DNA of 64,000 bases from an uncultured Lachnospiraceae bacterium (GCA_947385725.1 CANDMD010000001.1:2660-66659); one strand, 5' to 3'. Positions 1 to 10,409 are shown, counted from the first letter of the stretch. Notes: a model not told the origin generated them from the sequence alone. Numbers and translations: made by a program.

Positions 1-225
1 CTTAAACAAATGGGGTTTATCATCCCCTGTGGCAGCAAGCACATTCAGGATGACGCCCTTGCCCCGGAAGGATATTGGCTTGCCGTCCTGGAATACGGCG
101 TCCGCAAAAATCATATGTCTCCTGGCATTGATCTCCTGTACCTTGCTGGTAAAAACGAGGGAGTTGTTATTCACGCTGACGAACAGGGTAAGCTCCTGTC
201 CCGGTCTCAATTCTTCAATACGCAT
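1..225 (-). CDS. partial CDS (first 75 codons, continues past window start); hypothetical, weak resemblance to PilZ-N/YcgR-type N-terminal domain
   Basis: Own minus-strand translation: ATG at 225-223, open to base 1 (MRIEELRPGQELTLFVSVNNNSLVFTSKVQEINARRHMIFADAVFQDGKPISFRGKGVILNV...). It is absent from the ORF track because it runs off the window. The function is a guess. Confidence 0.3.
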   Translation of the reverse strand, partial: MRIEELRPGQELTLFVSVNNNSLVFTSKVQEINARRHMIFADAVFQDGKPISFRGKGVILNVLAATGDDKPHLFK

Positions 226-255
226 AATGTAACCTCTGTCTGTCTTTTACTGCTG

Positions 256-2148
256 CTACTCTATTTCCAATTCAAATTTTCTATCTGTCATGGCAAGCCG
301 GATGCGGTACAGATCATGATCCCACGCGGTCTGCAGCCTGGCGTCCGTGATGGGAAGGACTTCCACTGACGAAAGCTTTGCCCCCGAAAAGGAGGCCTGT
401 GCCAAAGCGCCAAGCTGTATGCAGCCATCCGTCACTTCCGGTTTCTCATAGGTGATAAAATTCAAAATGACATTTTCAGCATCTGTGGCATCTGCCAAAA
501 GAATCCTATTCTTTAGTTTATCAAAAAAAACCCTGCGCGTATAGTGTTTTTTACAAGTTTTCCCAGGATTGCCTTCCATACCGCTTCCCAAACTATCCCT
601 CATGGGATAAGCGCCGGATAGTTCCATGGAGATGCTGCTTTCTGTTTCGTGGAAGGCGGTTTTGACGTCACTGGCGCAGTATTCCGCGCCGTTCTGCTGA
701 TCCAGCCCTTCTATGGTGGGCAGATTGTGATAGCAGGACTGCATGGTCCAGATCTCGTATCTGCGGGAGGAAAAGGTTTTCGCCGAATAACTTTCCACAC
801 CGATGTCAACGAACAGGGGATGCCCGTTTTTGTATAGGGTAAAGCTGCCCGTGTCATTGTGGTTGTGGCTGTCGTCGTTATCCCCCGCCTTCACCGCAAG
901 GCAGAAGGTATCGTTCCTGGAAAGGAACAGTCCCACGCTGGGGTAATACATATCCCTGTGGGCCGGTGTCCGGGAGGTATCGTGATCCATGACCTCCTGA
1001 TAGTGGAACAGCGTCTGCATCCTGTAAAAGAGGTTCAGACGGTTGGATTCATCGGCGAAAATATCACCTCCCGCGGCTTTGAAATCCCTGGCGGCAAAGA
1101 GCATCAGTTCCGGCTGGCCGGTTCTTCTGCCAAAGAGAAACTCCCGCACGCCGGCGCGTCCCGCCACAGGGGAACAGTCCGCGAAATTAATGTAATATTT
1201 GTCATCCACGTGCACATGAAAGATATAGGATGCAATGTTTCTCATCTTGTCCCACGCGTACAATTCCTTTAAGGCGCCGCCTGTGACCTGATCCAATATC
1301 CATGCCGCGCCGTCCAGACACAGACCCGCATGGCGGAAATACTGGGCGCCTTCGTCGCAGCAGCCGTCCTCGCCGTAATCCTGCAAAAAGTAGTCAAGGC
1401 TTTCCGCGGCTTTCAGGGTGACAGCCTTCAGGGTGTCGTCTTTCATGGCGGCGGCCTTTTCCATGCCGGGAAGGACATCCTGTAGAAAGACGGCCAGCAG
1501 CACATTCTGTGTGCACCAGGGAGTCCAGTTGTTCAAAGCCTCCCCGTCTTTTCCCATCCACCAGAAATACTCATGCAGGTATGGAAGGAAAATACGCCGT
1601 TCCAGTTCCCGGGCGATGCGTGTATTGATGAAGGGACTCACCTTTTCCAGGCGGCTTCCCAGCAGATAACGGACGCAGGCAAGCTGTGCCCCTGTCTCAC
1701 AGGCGAACAGATCCAGCACAGGCCGTGTGACATCCGGCAGAATCTCCTGGGGGGTATCGCGGATATAAGAATTGTGGGCGGGAAGCTGCCATGCACTCTC
1801 TTCACAGAGGACAAAGATCCCGTTGATGATATCGTCCAGAAAACGCCCCTGATCCTCCAGGCATTCCGCCACAACCAGGGAGTTTAAGGCATATCGCCTC
1901 TCAAAATAGAGCTTTTCAAAGTCAACACGGTTCCCGGTGCGCTTGAAATGCATGAAATCAGTGGCTCTGATTACCGGATAATCATAATGCAGGAAGGCTT
2001 CTCCCTGCGCAATGAAATCGCTGCGCAGCGTCGGGTGGAGGCTGTCGTAAGCTTCTCTGTCCTCAATCGCGGGGAAAGGCCGGTAGTCCTGCAGCCGGTT
2101 ATTTTTTCCCCAGAAATTCTCCATTGCTTTTAAAATCCGTTTTTCCAT
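256..2148 (-). CDS. heparinase II/III-like family protein (polysaccharide-lyase-like)
   Basis: 630-aa ORF. The C-terminal block HNHNDTGSFTLYKNGHPLFVDIG is typical of the heparinase II/III domain. It lies directly downstream of a YesMN-type two-component pair on the same strand. Confidence 0.75.
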   Translation of the reverse strand: MEKRILKAMENFWGKNNRLQDYRPFPAIEDREAYDSLHPTLRSDFIAQGEAFLHYDYPVIRATDFMHFKRTGNRVDFEKLYFERRYALNSLVVAECLEDQGRFLDDIINGIFVLCEESAWQLPAHNSYIRDTPQEILPDVTRPVLDLFACETGAQLACVRYLLGSRLEKVSPFINTRIARELERRIFLPYLHEYFWWMGKDGEALNNWTPWCTQNVLLAVFLQDVLPGMEKAAAMKDDTLKAVTLKAAESLDYFLQDYGEDGCCDEGAQYFRHAGLCLDGAAWILDQVTGGALKELYAWDKMRNIASYIFHVHVDDKYYINFADCSPVAGRAGVREFLFGRRTGQPELMLFAARDFKAAGGDIFADESNRLNLFYRMQTLFHYQEVMDHDTSRTPAHRDMYYPSVGLFLSRNDTFCLAVKAGDNDDSHNHNDTGSFTLYKNGHPLFVDIGVESYSAKTFSSRRYEIWTMQSCYHNLPTIEGLDQQNGAEYCASDVKTAFHETESSISMELSGAYPMRDSLGSGMEGNPGKTCKKHYTRRVFFDKLKNRILLADATDAENVILNFITYEKPEVTDGCIQLGALAQASFSGAKLSSVEVLPITDARLQTAWDHDLYRIRLAMTDRKFELEIE

Positions 2149-2169
2149 AATGATACCTATGCCTTTCCT

Positions 2170-3780
2170 TTACACACTTATAAACTGGCTGTTCAGATAC
2201 TCGGTGGGGGAGACTCCCTCCACCTTCTTGAACACCTTACTGAAGTAAAAGGCGCTCTCAAAGCCCAGCATTTCCGCCACCTCATAGACTTTGAGATTTT
2301 CCTCCGCCAGCAGGCGCTTGCTTTCCGATATCTTGCAGGTGTTGATATATTCGGAGAACCCCACGTCATTATACTTGCCGAAAAGCTGGCTCAGATAGTT
2401 GGGGCTGATTCCGAATACTGCCGCCACCTCGTTGAGGGAAAGGCGTTCCTTCAAATGGGCGTTAATATATTTTTTCACGTTGGCGACAGTGTGATTCTTA
2501 TAGTCCTTATGATGACTCTCAAAAAGCTGACACATCTGTCGCTTAAAGGAACTGAGCCAATTGACGATCTGTTCCACGGTAGTCTGTTTATAGATGGAGC
2601 GATACCCGTCCGGGTTGTCCCGGAAGAAACCGGATACGATTGTCTCACCGTCCTGGAGCAGGGAGATTGACAGGTATAAAATATTACAGGCGCCGTCCAG
2701 AGCCTGTACAAAGTGGTCAGGATGTGACAGGAAAAGCTCACAGAGATTGTCCAGTGTGCGGTTCAGGATATCAGCGTCATACTCTTCAAAAGCCTTGATC
2801 AGATCCTGCCTGAACAGGCTGATGTTAAAAGAGTTATGAGAGGCGTCCGGCTTCACACATTCCTCAAAAAAAACAATGGGGTTTTCCTCCTCCGTGGAGA
2901 GGTTTGCCTGCCTGGAGCACTGATAGGAGTCGCAGATGGCAAGGGGAGCGTCCACCATGCTGCCGATACCGCAGCGGAAGGACACGTTGTAGTACTTTGT
3001 CAGGGTCTCGCTGATGTTGGCCAGAATCTCCTTTAGTTCCGCGCCATATGGGAAGCTGTCGGTCTGACCCGCCTCATAGCAGAAGATCAGGGCGAAGTGC
3101 CTGGTGTCCAGGGAAAGGCAGAAACAGGGGCGGTATTTTCCGGCCAGTTCCTTTAACATCTGCATGGAAGTAGAAAACAGGGACAGCTGTTTCTCCATGG
3201 GCAGGGAATCTGCCTGATTGCCGGTCATTGCCCCATAGCAGCACACGTAACCGTCATAGTGGAAATCCAGATTCAGGTCCTTGCTTTGCAGAAGAAACTG
3301 TTCCTCTGACTCAAACAGGTTATTGATCAGACGGATAAAAAACTTGTCATAAAAGGGATGCACAATGCTCTCCGGCGAACTGCTCCTGTTCGCCGATTCC
3401 TGTATCCGCTTCAGCACCCTTCCCACGGCCTCTGTCAGGGAAGCGGGTGTGAGCTCCATTTTCACCAGATAATCCGTCACCTGGTAAGTGAGTGCCTCCT
3501 TTACCATATGGAAGTCTTCATAGCTTGTCAGGATGATAAAATAAGGGTATTCGTCGCCGTACTGTTCCCTGCACTTCCGGATCAGCTCCAGGCCGCTCAT
3601 AACCGGCATTTTTACATCCGTGATCACAATGTCCGGCGACTGCTCATATATGATTTTGAGGGCAGCCTGTCCGTTGACCGCGGCGCCGATCACCTTGATA
3701 TCCAGTTCCGCCCAGTTCAGCATGGACTTAATGCCCACCTGGACAAGGGGTTCATCATCCACAATCAGTAATTTATACAT
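2170..3780 (-). CDS. two-component response regulator, receiver + AraC-type HTH (YesN-like)
   Basis: N-terminal receiver (LIVDDEPLV...ITDVKMPVMSGLEL). C-terminal AraC HTH (LSLNEVAAVFGISPNYLSQLF...GFESAFYFSKVFKKVEGVSPTEY). Confidence 0.9.
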   Translation of the reverse strand: MYKLLIVDDEPLVQVGIKSMLNWAELDIKVIGAAVNGQAALKIIYEQSPDIVITDVKMPVMSGLELIRKCREQYGDEYPYFIILTSYEDFHMVKEALTYQVTDYLVKMELTPASLTEAVGRVLKRIQESANRSSSPESIVHPFYDKFFIRLINNLFESEEQFLLQSKDLNLDFHYDGYVCCYGAMTGNQADSLPMEKQLSLFSTSMQMLKELAGKYRPCFCLSLDTRHFALIFCYEAGQTDSFPYGAELKEILANISETLTKYYNVSFRCGIGSMVDAPLAICDSYQCSRQANLSTEEENPIVFFEECVKPDASHNSFNISLFRQDLIKAFEEYDADILNRTLDNLCELFLSHPDHFVQALDGACNILYLSISLLQDGETIVSGFFRDNPDGYRSIYKQTTVEQIVNWLSSFKRQMCQLFESHHKDYKNHTVANVKKYINAHLKERLSLNEVAAVFGISPNYLSQLFGKYNDVGFSEYINTCKISESKRLLAEENLKVYEVAEMLGFESAFYFSKVFKKVEGVSPTEYLNSQFISV

Positions 3781-3886
3781 AATCTCTCCTCACTGTCCCT
3801 TTCCGTCTTAGGCAATTGCGATAGCCTGAATTAGAGTGGCGTCCCAAAGCCTGTCTGCCAGATGTGGGTTTCGCAATTGCCTGTCT

Positions 3887-5611
3887 TTACATCCGGCATG
3901 GGAGGTGGATGGACATGGTGGTATATTCGCCCTCCACGCTTTCTATCGTGATACCGTAGGACTCCCCAAATTCGTATTGCAGTCTCTTATGTACGTTGCT
4001 GACACCTATTTCCCGGAAGAAATCAGTGCTGCTGTCATCGTTTGACAGAAGGATCTGGGCGGCTTTTTCCGGGGACATGCCGATCCCGTCGTCTGTCACG
4101 TCGATACGGATGGACGGCGGGCTTTCTTCCGTCAGCCTTTCGTAAAACACATGGATCAGGATATGTCCCGCACCCTTGGGCTCCACACCGTGGAAAATAG
4201 CGTTTTCCACCAGGGGCTGCAGGGTGAATTTAATGATCTGGCACTGTAACAGGGAATCCTCGTCCACCCGTATCTCCATAGTGATGGTGCCGCCGTAACG
4301 ATAACTCTGGATGGTAAAGTAATCCTGTAACAGGGACAGCTCCTCTTCGATGGGAACCAGAAGCTTCGTCCCTTTGGAAATGCTCTTCAACAATTTGGCC
4401 AGAGCGGTGGTCATCTCTGAGATTCCCGCGGAACCCTGGATGGTTGCCATCCATTTGATGGAATTTAAAGTGTTATAAATAAAGTGGGGATTGATCTGGC
4501 TCTGGAGCATTTTATATTCCAGGTCTTTCTTCTGTTTCTCGTCCTCCAGCCTACGGTTCATCAGCAGATAAACATTTTCGGACAGATCGTTGATACCCCT
4601 GCCGATCTCACCCAGCTCGTGGTTCCATTCAATAGAAGGATCCCGCTCAAAATCGCCGTCCGCCACCCGCAGCATCTTGGCCCTGATCCTGGAGACGGGC
4701 ACATTGATCATACGGTTCAGGGTGATCATCAGCAGAATACCGATCCCCATGATGCTGACCAGTGTGCCACCAAGGATAAACCACAGCAGGCGTCTCTGGT
4801 CACGCAGCTCGGAGTCGGAAATGCTCTGTCCGATATAGCAGTCGGGCATGTTCAGGGGAGATACCACTACCAGGCGGGTTTTTCCGTTTTCCTCGATCTC
4901 GCAGACGCGGATATTGTCGATCAGTGCGGAGGAGGAAAGGTCACGTGTCAGCGTATAATCAGTGTCTGTTTCGGTCAGCCTGCCGTCCTGGTATCTGTAA
5001 TTGTGTCCGCCAACGGACAGGTACATATAGCTGTCTTCCGCCACGGAATACCGGTTCAGTGCGTTTGTAAATAAATCCGAGGATATTTCCAGAAAGAGGA
5101 TTCCGCCCCGGATGGAATTGTACTGATAAGTAATGGGTCTGATGACGGGAAGTATGTTTTTCCCGTTTCGGTAAAAGGGATCCTTCACAAACCCGGTGGA
5201 AAAATCATAGCTGGATGCTTCCAGCAGTGTGTTGAAATAGGGCAGTTCAGGCACTTCGGCTGCCAGATCCGCGGTGGAGGAATAGGAGGCGCTGACAATC
5301 TGCAGGAAGTGTTCCCGGGTGATCACGGCAAGCCTGTTGATGTAGTCCTTTGACGGATTATTACTGTATTCCTCATAGATGCGGTCGTAAGTGGATACGG
5401 ACAATACGGAGCCGGGATTTGGGTTCTTCTGTATATATGTGGCAATATTTGCATTGGTCTGACAGAAACGCACGATCTGTGAAATATCGTCCATGCTGCT
5501 GTTCATGGAATCCGAAAGCAGCTGCAGGCTTGCCTCCGTGGAGTGGATCAGGCTGTTCTGCAGATAGTTCTGAAAGATGTAATAACTGACAGAACTGATG
5601 ATGACGCACAT
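3887..5611 (-). CDS. sensor histidine kinase, YesM-like (HAMP, His_kinase, HATPase_c)
   Basis: The QINPHFIYNTLNSI histidine-kinase box and the HATPase motifs (ENAIFHG, DDGIGM) are present. The ATG at 5611 falls inside a predicted first TM helix. The frame stays open upstream to about 5766 with no ATG/GTG/TTG, so the true start is uncertain. Confidence 0.85.
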   Translation of the reverse strand: MCVIISSVSYYIFQNYLQNSLIHSTEASLQLLSDSMNSSMDDISQIVRFCQTNANIATYIQKNPNPGSVLSVSTYDRIYEEYSNNPSKDYINRLAVITREHFLQIVSASYSSTADLAAEVPELPYFNTLLEASSYDFSTGFVKDPFYRNGKNILPVIRPITYQYNSIRGGILFLEISSDLFTNALNRYSVAEDSYMYLSVGGHNYRYQDGRLTETDTDYTLTRDLSSSALIDNIRVCEIEENGKTRLVVVSPLNMPDCYIGQSISDSELRDQRRLLWFILGGTLVSIMGIGILLMITLNRMINVPVSRIRAKMLRVADGDFERDPSIEWNHELGEIGRGINDLSENVYLLMNRRLEDEKQKKDLEYKMLQSQINPHFIYNTLNSIKWMATIQGSAGISEMTTALAKLLKSISKGTKLLVPIEEELSLLQDYFTIQSYRYGGTITMEIRVDEDSLLQCQIIKFTLQPLVENAIFHGVEPKGAGHILIHVFYERLTEESPPSIRIDVTDDGIGMSPEKAAQILLSNDDSSTDFFREIGVSNVHKRLQYEFGESYGITIESVEGEYTTMSIHLPCRM

Positions 5612-5837
5612 ACAGAACAGACAGGATGTAGTGATGAGCAGTATCCTTTTCTGGATTCTGCCTATGGGAAACCGGATATTCTGTTTCAGTCTGTCCGCCG
5701 TTTTCGTGATGATAACCGTACCTTTCCGCAGTTTACCGGAGAAGCGCTGCCGAGAGCGTTTTCCTGACTGTCATTGACAAATATATTTTATCACAGATTC
5801 CGGAAAATGGTATCATTCTTTTTGCAGGCAGAAACAC

Positions 5838-5865
5838 TTGACAAACATTTCAGATGTGTTATAGT
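5838..5865 (+). promoter_or_regulatory. sigma-A-type promoter candidate for the permease/Fur operon
   Basis: TTGACA (5838-5843), 16-nt spacer, TATAGT (5860-5865), about 60 nt upstream of the ATG at 5926. Confidence 0.5.
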
Positions 5866-5868
5866 ACT

Positions 5869-5895
5869 AAATGCAAATAAGTCGCATTTGCATTT
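5869..5895. promoter_or_regulatory. perfect 10-7-10 inverted repeat, candidate Fur-family operator
   Basis: AAATGCAAAT-aagtcgc-ATTTGCATTT lies immediately after the -10 element. A Fur-family regulator is encoded in the same operon. Confidence 0.45.
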
Positions 5896-5925
5896 GAGAC
5901 TATTTTTGTGGAATGGAGACACATT

Positions 5926-6765
5926 ATGTGGGATGTTTTTTTAGATACGCTGCTGGATACGGTAAAGCTGGTTCCCTTTCTGCTGGTGACCTATCTGGCC
6001 ATGGAATACCTGGAGCATAAGACAGGGCAGAAGGCGCAGGGACTGGTGCGGAAAGCGGGAAGGTTGGGGCCTGTGATCGGCGGCGTACTTGGGGTAGTGC
6101 CCCAGTGTGGATTTTCTGCGGCGGCATCCGGTCTGTACGCCGGAAGGGTGATTACGCTTGGGACACTGCTGGCGATTTATCTGTCCACTTCTGACGAGAT
6201 GCTGCCGATCCTGATTTCGGAGCAGGCGCCTGCGGGGACGATAGCGCTGATCCTGCTGGCAAAGGCAGCGATAGGCATGGTTGCGGGCTTTGTCATTGAT
6301 ATTGCTTTTTCTTCCCGCAGGGAGGAAGACCATCACATTCATGAGATCTGTGAGCAGGGGCACTGTCATTGCGGGGAGGGAAGTATTTTCCGCTCAGCGC
6401 TGGTGCATACGGTGCAGATCAGCGGTTTCATCCTGATCATCACCTTTTTGCTGAACCTGCTCTTTTTCCTTGTGGGAGAGGATGCCCTGGCGGGACTGAT
6501 CCTGAACAGGAAGGTGCTGGGGCCTGTCCTGGCAGGGCTGGTGGGTCTGATCCCCAACTGTGCGGGTTCTGTGGCGATCACCCAGCTGTATCTGGAGGGT
6601 GTGATCGGCACGGGAGCCATGCTGTCGGGGTTGCTCACCGGTACGGGGGTAGGGCTGCTGGTTCTGTTCCGGGTGAACCATGACAGGAAAGAAAATCTGA
6701 TGATCCTGGGGATGCTATATTGTATTGGCGTTTTGACCGGAGTTGTGGTAGGATTAATGGTATGA
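5926..6765 (+). CDS. multi-pass membrane permease, putative metal-ion transporter (ArsP_2 / 'putative manganese transporter'-like family as I recall it)
   Basis: About 8-10 hydrophobic helices with two Cys motifs (VPQCGFS and IPNCAGS). The N-terminus MWDVFLDTLLDTVKLVPFLL is typical of this family. GGAG lies 7 nt upstream of the ATG at 5926 (the ORF track begins at an upstream GTG at 5908). Confidence 0.6.
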   Translation: MWDVFLDTLLDTVKLVPFLLVTYLAMEYLEHKTGQKAQGLVRKAGRLGPVIGGVLGVVPQCGFSAAASGLYAGRVITLGTLLAIYLSTSDEMLPILISEQAPAGTIALILLAKAAIGMVAGFVIDIAFSSRREEDHHIHEICEQGHCHCGEGSIFRSALVHTVQISGFILIITFLLNLLFFLVGEDALAGLILNRKVLGPVLAGLVGLIPNCAGSVAITQLYLEGVIGTGAMLSGLLTGTGVGLLVLFRVNHDRKENLMILGMLYCIGVLTGVVVGLMV

Positions 6766-7193
6766 AGGATATGGAGAAAAAGGAAGAGACAGGATACCCG
6801 CAGGGGATAAAGTGGACAAAGCAGCGTAAAAATGTGTATGCTGTGTTACAGGAGGCGACAGAACCGCTGACGGCGGTGCAGATCTATCATCTGTCGGAAA
6901 AACTGGCGGAGGGCGGGGAGTATGCGCTTTCCACGATTTACAGGATCCTGGCCGCATTTGAGGAAAAGGGGCTGGTATCAAAGACCACCTGGATGGGTGA
7001 CGGCACCGTGGTCTACGAACTGAACAGGGGAGAGCATACCCATTATGCGGTATGTCTGGAATGCCATAAGAGAATTGCCCTGCAGAGTTGCCCCTTTGCC
7101 CATATTCATTTGGATCAGGAGACAGACGGCTTTACGGTGACGGGGCATAAGCTGGAACTGTATGGATACTGTAAGGATTGCAGGAAGGAATGA
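6762..7193 (+). CDS. Fur-family metal-responsive transcriptional regulator
   Basis: wHTH (TKQRKNVYAVLQEATEPLTAVQIY...STIYRILAAFEEKGLV) plus CxxC...CxxC (CLECH...CKDC). The ATG at 6762 overlaps the permease TGA (ATGA), implying translational coupling. Confidence 0.85.
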   Translation: MKDMEKKEETGYPQGIKWTKQRKNVYAVLQEATEPLTAVQIYHLSEKLAEGGEYALSTIYRILAAFEEKGLVSKTTWMGDGTVVYELNRGEHTHYAVCLECHKRIALQSCPFAHIHLDQETDGFTVTGHKLELYGYCKDCRKE

Positions 7194-7237
7194 GCATAAT
7201 TTGGTATGAGTATAATCTATAGAGGCGGAGGTACTGC

Positions 7238-7467
7238 ATGGGAATTTATTTAAACCCAGAAATGATAGTTTCAGGAAAGCAATTCGATCGGAGATTTATG
7301 TGGATAAAACCGGATTGATTGCTTACACAAATAAATATCTGTGTACGGATCAAAAATTCATCTGTGTCAGCAGGCCGCGGTGTTTTGGAAAATCCATGGC
7401 GCTGAATATGCTTTGGGAATATTCCATGACAGACCCGATTGATTTTGAGGAATATACAAACAATTAA
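7238..7467 (+). pseudogene. frameshifted, truncated N-terminal fragment of a predicted AAA-ATPase/PD-(D/E)XK (PF09820-like) gene
   Basis: Frame 1 reads MGIYLNPEMIVSGKQFDRRFMWIKPD*. A shifted frame reads ...AIRSEIYVDKTGLIAYTNKYLCTDQKFICVSRPRCFGKSMALNML..., which carries the YVDKTxxI and RPRRFGKS signature of the family. It ends after about 75 codons. Confidence 0.6.
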
Positions 7468-7498
7468 TGCCGATTAAGGCAGACATGGAGGTAGGAAA

Positions 7499-7840
7499 AT
7501 GAAAACAGAAAAAAACCGTATCTGGAACGCGAATGGGGATATTGAACTGGAGGCGGCCGCAGACGGCGTGAACAGGAAGATCCTGTCGTACACGGATGAA
7601 CTGATGATTGTGGAAAACCATTTTGCCAAAGGCGCGGTGGGCGCCATGCATCACCATCCCCATACGCAGATTACCTATGTGGTGAGCGGGCAATTTGAAT
7701 TTACCATTGCCGGCGAGAAAAGAATCGTCAATCCCGGGGACAGTATGCTGAAAAAGGACGGGGTCGAGCATGGCTGCGTCTGTTTGGAAGAGGGAATTCT
7801 GCTGGATATCTTTACGCCCATGCGAGAGGATTTCGTCTAA
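7499..7840 (+). CDS. cupin domain protein
   Basis: 113 aa with the cupin metal motif GAMHHHPHTQITYVVSG...PGD...H. A GGAGG RBS precedes the ATG. Confidence 0.8.
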   Translation: MKTEKNRIWNANGDIELEAAADGVNRKILSYTDELMIVENHFAKGAVGAMHHHPHTQITYVVSGQFEFTIAGEKRIVNPGDSMLKKDGVEHGCVCLEEGILLDIFTPMREDFV

Positions 7841-7842
7841 AG

Positions 7843-8320
7843 ATGACTGTCGGAGAACAAGCTTCCCTTCCCGTAACCTATCGAGAGTACGTATTTTCAC
7901 AGGATTTCCCGATGCTTTTCGTGCAGGGAACCCGGATTTCGGATCATGTGGATTTTATCCATTTTCACAATTGCATTGAGATTGCCCTGTGTGAAAAAGG
8001 CTCCATGACATGGAATCTTGAAAATACATATATGCAGGTAAATGCGGGGGATTTTCTCTTTTTGCCCCCATTTTATACACATGCGTCCTTTTTCCCACCC
8101 CAGGAGGACGCCAATGTGTGCTGCCTTTTTTTTCTTTGATCCGCAGGAGGTTCTGACGTCCTTTTACCCGAAGGGGCTGCCAGAAGAATTGCTCTGGTAT
8201 CGTTATGCGGACTTCCCGAAAATTTTCAGGGAGAGTGATTTTCAGGAAGAAACCAGATTAATCCGTCTGATCATGGAAACGATTCTACGGAAAGAAGAAT
8301 CCCCAGGTCTTCCGCAATGA
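7843..8320 (+). pseudogene. AraC-family regulator remnant (N-terminal cupin-like part only, frameshifted)
   Basis: ORFs 7843-8139 and 8042-8320 join across a T8 run (8126-8133). The sequence is paralogous to the N-terminal half of CDS 10950-11906 (FIHFHNCIEIA..., FLFLPPFYTH). The C-terminal HTH is absent. Confidence 0.65.
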
Positions 8321-8396
8321 GAAGCGGGAGATCCTGAAGTCCGCGCCCAGATATGCTCCTTATAAAGCAAGCGGGGAGCCCTGTCTGACGTGCCGT

Positions 8397-9402
8397 CTAT
8401 AGTTCACACTCATTCAGGACCACGACTGCCATAGCATATATTTTCATCGCTTCTGTCAAAAGCCGCAGGTTCAGCCCTTCATCCGGCTCATGTGCGCCGC
8501 CGTGACCGGGGAGGAAAAGCTGCTTTTTGATCCGCAGGTCTTCTTCCGATTCCTTCATACCGCCCACCCCGTAGGCAAAGGCTCTGGGCAGTTTCCTGGC
8601 ATAGGTTCCGCCGCCCATGACAAAGCTTTCCGAACTGCTGTCCGTAATCTCATTGTAGAGATCCGTGAGAAGCTGTACCGCGGGGTGTTCCTTGGGGAAG
8701 TAATTAGGGGCGGAATCCCGCTCCAATATCCAGGTTAGATTGTTTTCCGCGGCTGCCTGTGCCAGACTTGCAGAGAGGGCATTCCTGTCCGCCGTGATGA
8801 CATATCGGATGTTAAAGTGGAGGGAAATCTGTCCTTCCTTAAGTCCCAGTACGGTGGCGGCACAGGTGGTTCTGCCGGATACTTCGTCATTTCCGGCAAT
8901 GCCGGTGTGTTCCCCGTGATATTCCTGAGAGAGGTAAGCCAGCCTGCGGAACAGTTCCCTGTCTTTTTCCGGCAGCGGGGTCAGTCCGCCCAGAAAACGC
9001 ATCAACTCGTGAATGGCATTTACGCTTCCCTCCGGAAAGGCGCTGTGCCTGCTTTTGCCTGTGGCGGTGATAAGGATGGTATCTTTTTCTATTTTTGCTG
9101 TAATCCAGGGGGAATCCTGTGTTTCTGCATCTGCGCCGTGAGGCGGATCAGGGACAGCTTGTGTGTCTGCGTCATGCCGTGAATCAGAAATAGTCTGTAA
9201 CGCCTCCGCCAGTTCCGGGGTGGATTTCAGCACCACATGGGCGGAATCGGGAATCATATTGCTGGCGCTTCCGCCCTCCAGTTCCAGTATCAGGCCGCTG
9301 ACGGAGATGAGGTACTTCCTGGAACCGCCGTCCCCGTAAGGCCCCGGTTTGGTTATATTTCATTGTTTCGCATCTGTTTTTCTGATTCATGTCAATAGCC
9401 AT
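8397..9402 (-). pseudogene. M20-family dipeptidase (PepV/Sapep-like) with internal deletion/frameshift
   Basis: The C-terminal 320 aa are intact (GGSASNMIPDSA..., GGGTYAR..., PGHGGAHEPDE). That frame is closed by a TGA at 9360-9362. A short MAIDMNQK... start at 9402, in another frame, sits 13 nt after the upstream gene's stop. About 150 N-terminal catalytic-domain codons are missing. Confidence 0.7.
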
Positions 9403-9414
9403 GTCTTTCTGAAA

Positions 9415-10384
9415 TTATATTTCCTTTGCATGTTTCTCCAGGGCTTCCCTGACCCAGATCAGCCTTTCGTGATCGATATCCGAGGGAACGGTGCAGTCGG
9501 CGCCGAAAACCACGCCGATGCTTCCTGTTTCCGTTAAAAGCCTGTCCACTTCCTTTTCAATGGCTTCCCTGGTGCCGGAGTAGAGCAGACCTTCCTTGCG
9601 ATTGTCAAAACCGCCCATGACACAGCGTCCGCCGAAAAACCTTTTGCCCTCCGCCAGGGAAAGGTTTTCCACATAAACGGCCCAGTTCACAGCCTTTGCG
9701 GGATAGTCCTGCCATACTTCGATCCGGTTGGGATCTCCCGCCCTGCCGCAGCAGTGCAGGATGTTATTTTCACTTAAGGTGTTTGCGTATTTCAGCACAT
9801 CCAGGTTTGAGGGCCTTACCAGCCTGCGGTATTCCTCCTCGGTAAAGCGGAAGGTTTCCGCGTTCTGTACGCAGTAGTAAATGCCGTCGCAGCCCGCCTC
9901 AGTGATCAGTTTCCGCACCAGGGTCTTGATATCCTCCGCAATGACCTGGAAAGCATGGCACACTGCTTCCGGCTTCGCCTTGAGATGGCTCATCAGGAGT
10001 TCCTCGCTGGTGCCGAAACGCATCAGGGACATGGGGCAGAACACATTGTAAAAAACGCAGCATTCCCCCTTTGCGCCTTCCACCACCCTTTTCGCGCGGA
10101 GTACCTGGTTGGCGATGTAGGGATGATCTTCCCCCAGGGGGGGTAAGACCGAACCAGTCTTCCGGGCAGGTAACCTTTTCAATGTAAGGATTGGGATAAT
10201 TAAAGTAACCGTCACACATGACCTTGATCATGTCCATACCCGTCTCCCGGAACAGTTCCAGATGCTGGTCCACGGTTTTCTGCCCGAAATCGTCATCGGG
10301 GGAGAAATGATACCAGAAGCCCATGGGAACCCTGTCCACCTCCCGGTTTTGAAATGCTCTTAAAAGTCTTTCTTTTTTCGTCAT
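9415..10384 (-). pseudogene. uroporphyrinogen-decarboxylase (URO-D)-family protein, frameshifted
   Basis: ORF 9899-10396 (MTKKERLLRAFQNREVDRVPMGFWYHF...) and ORF 9415-10215 (...LPPLGEDHPYIANQVL...) are the two halves of one gene. The frame switch maps to a G7 run at 10137-10143 (C7 on the coding strand). Confidence 0.75.
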
Positions 10385-10409
10385 AGCAGCCTCCATATAT
10401 TTTTATTTT

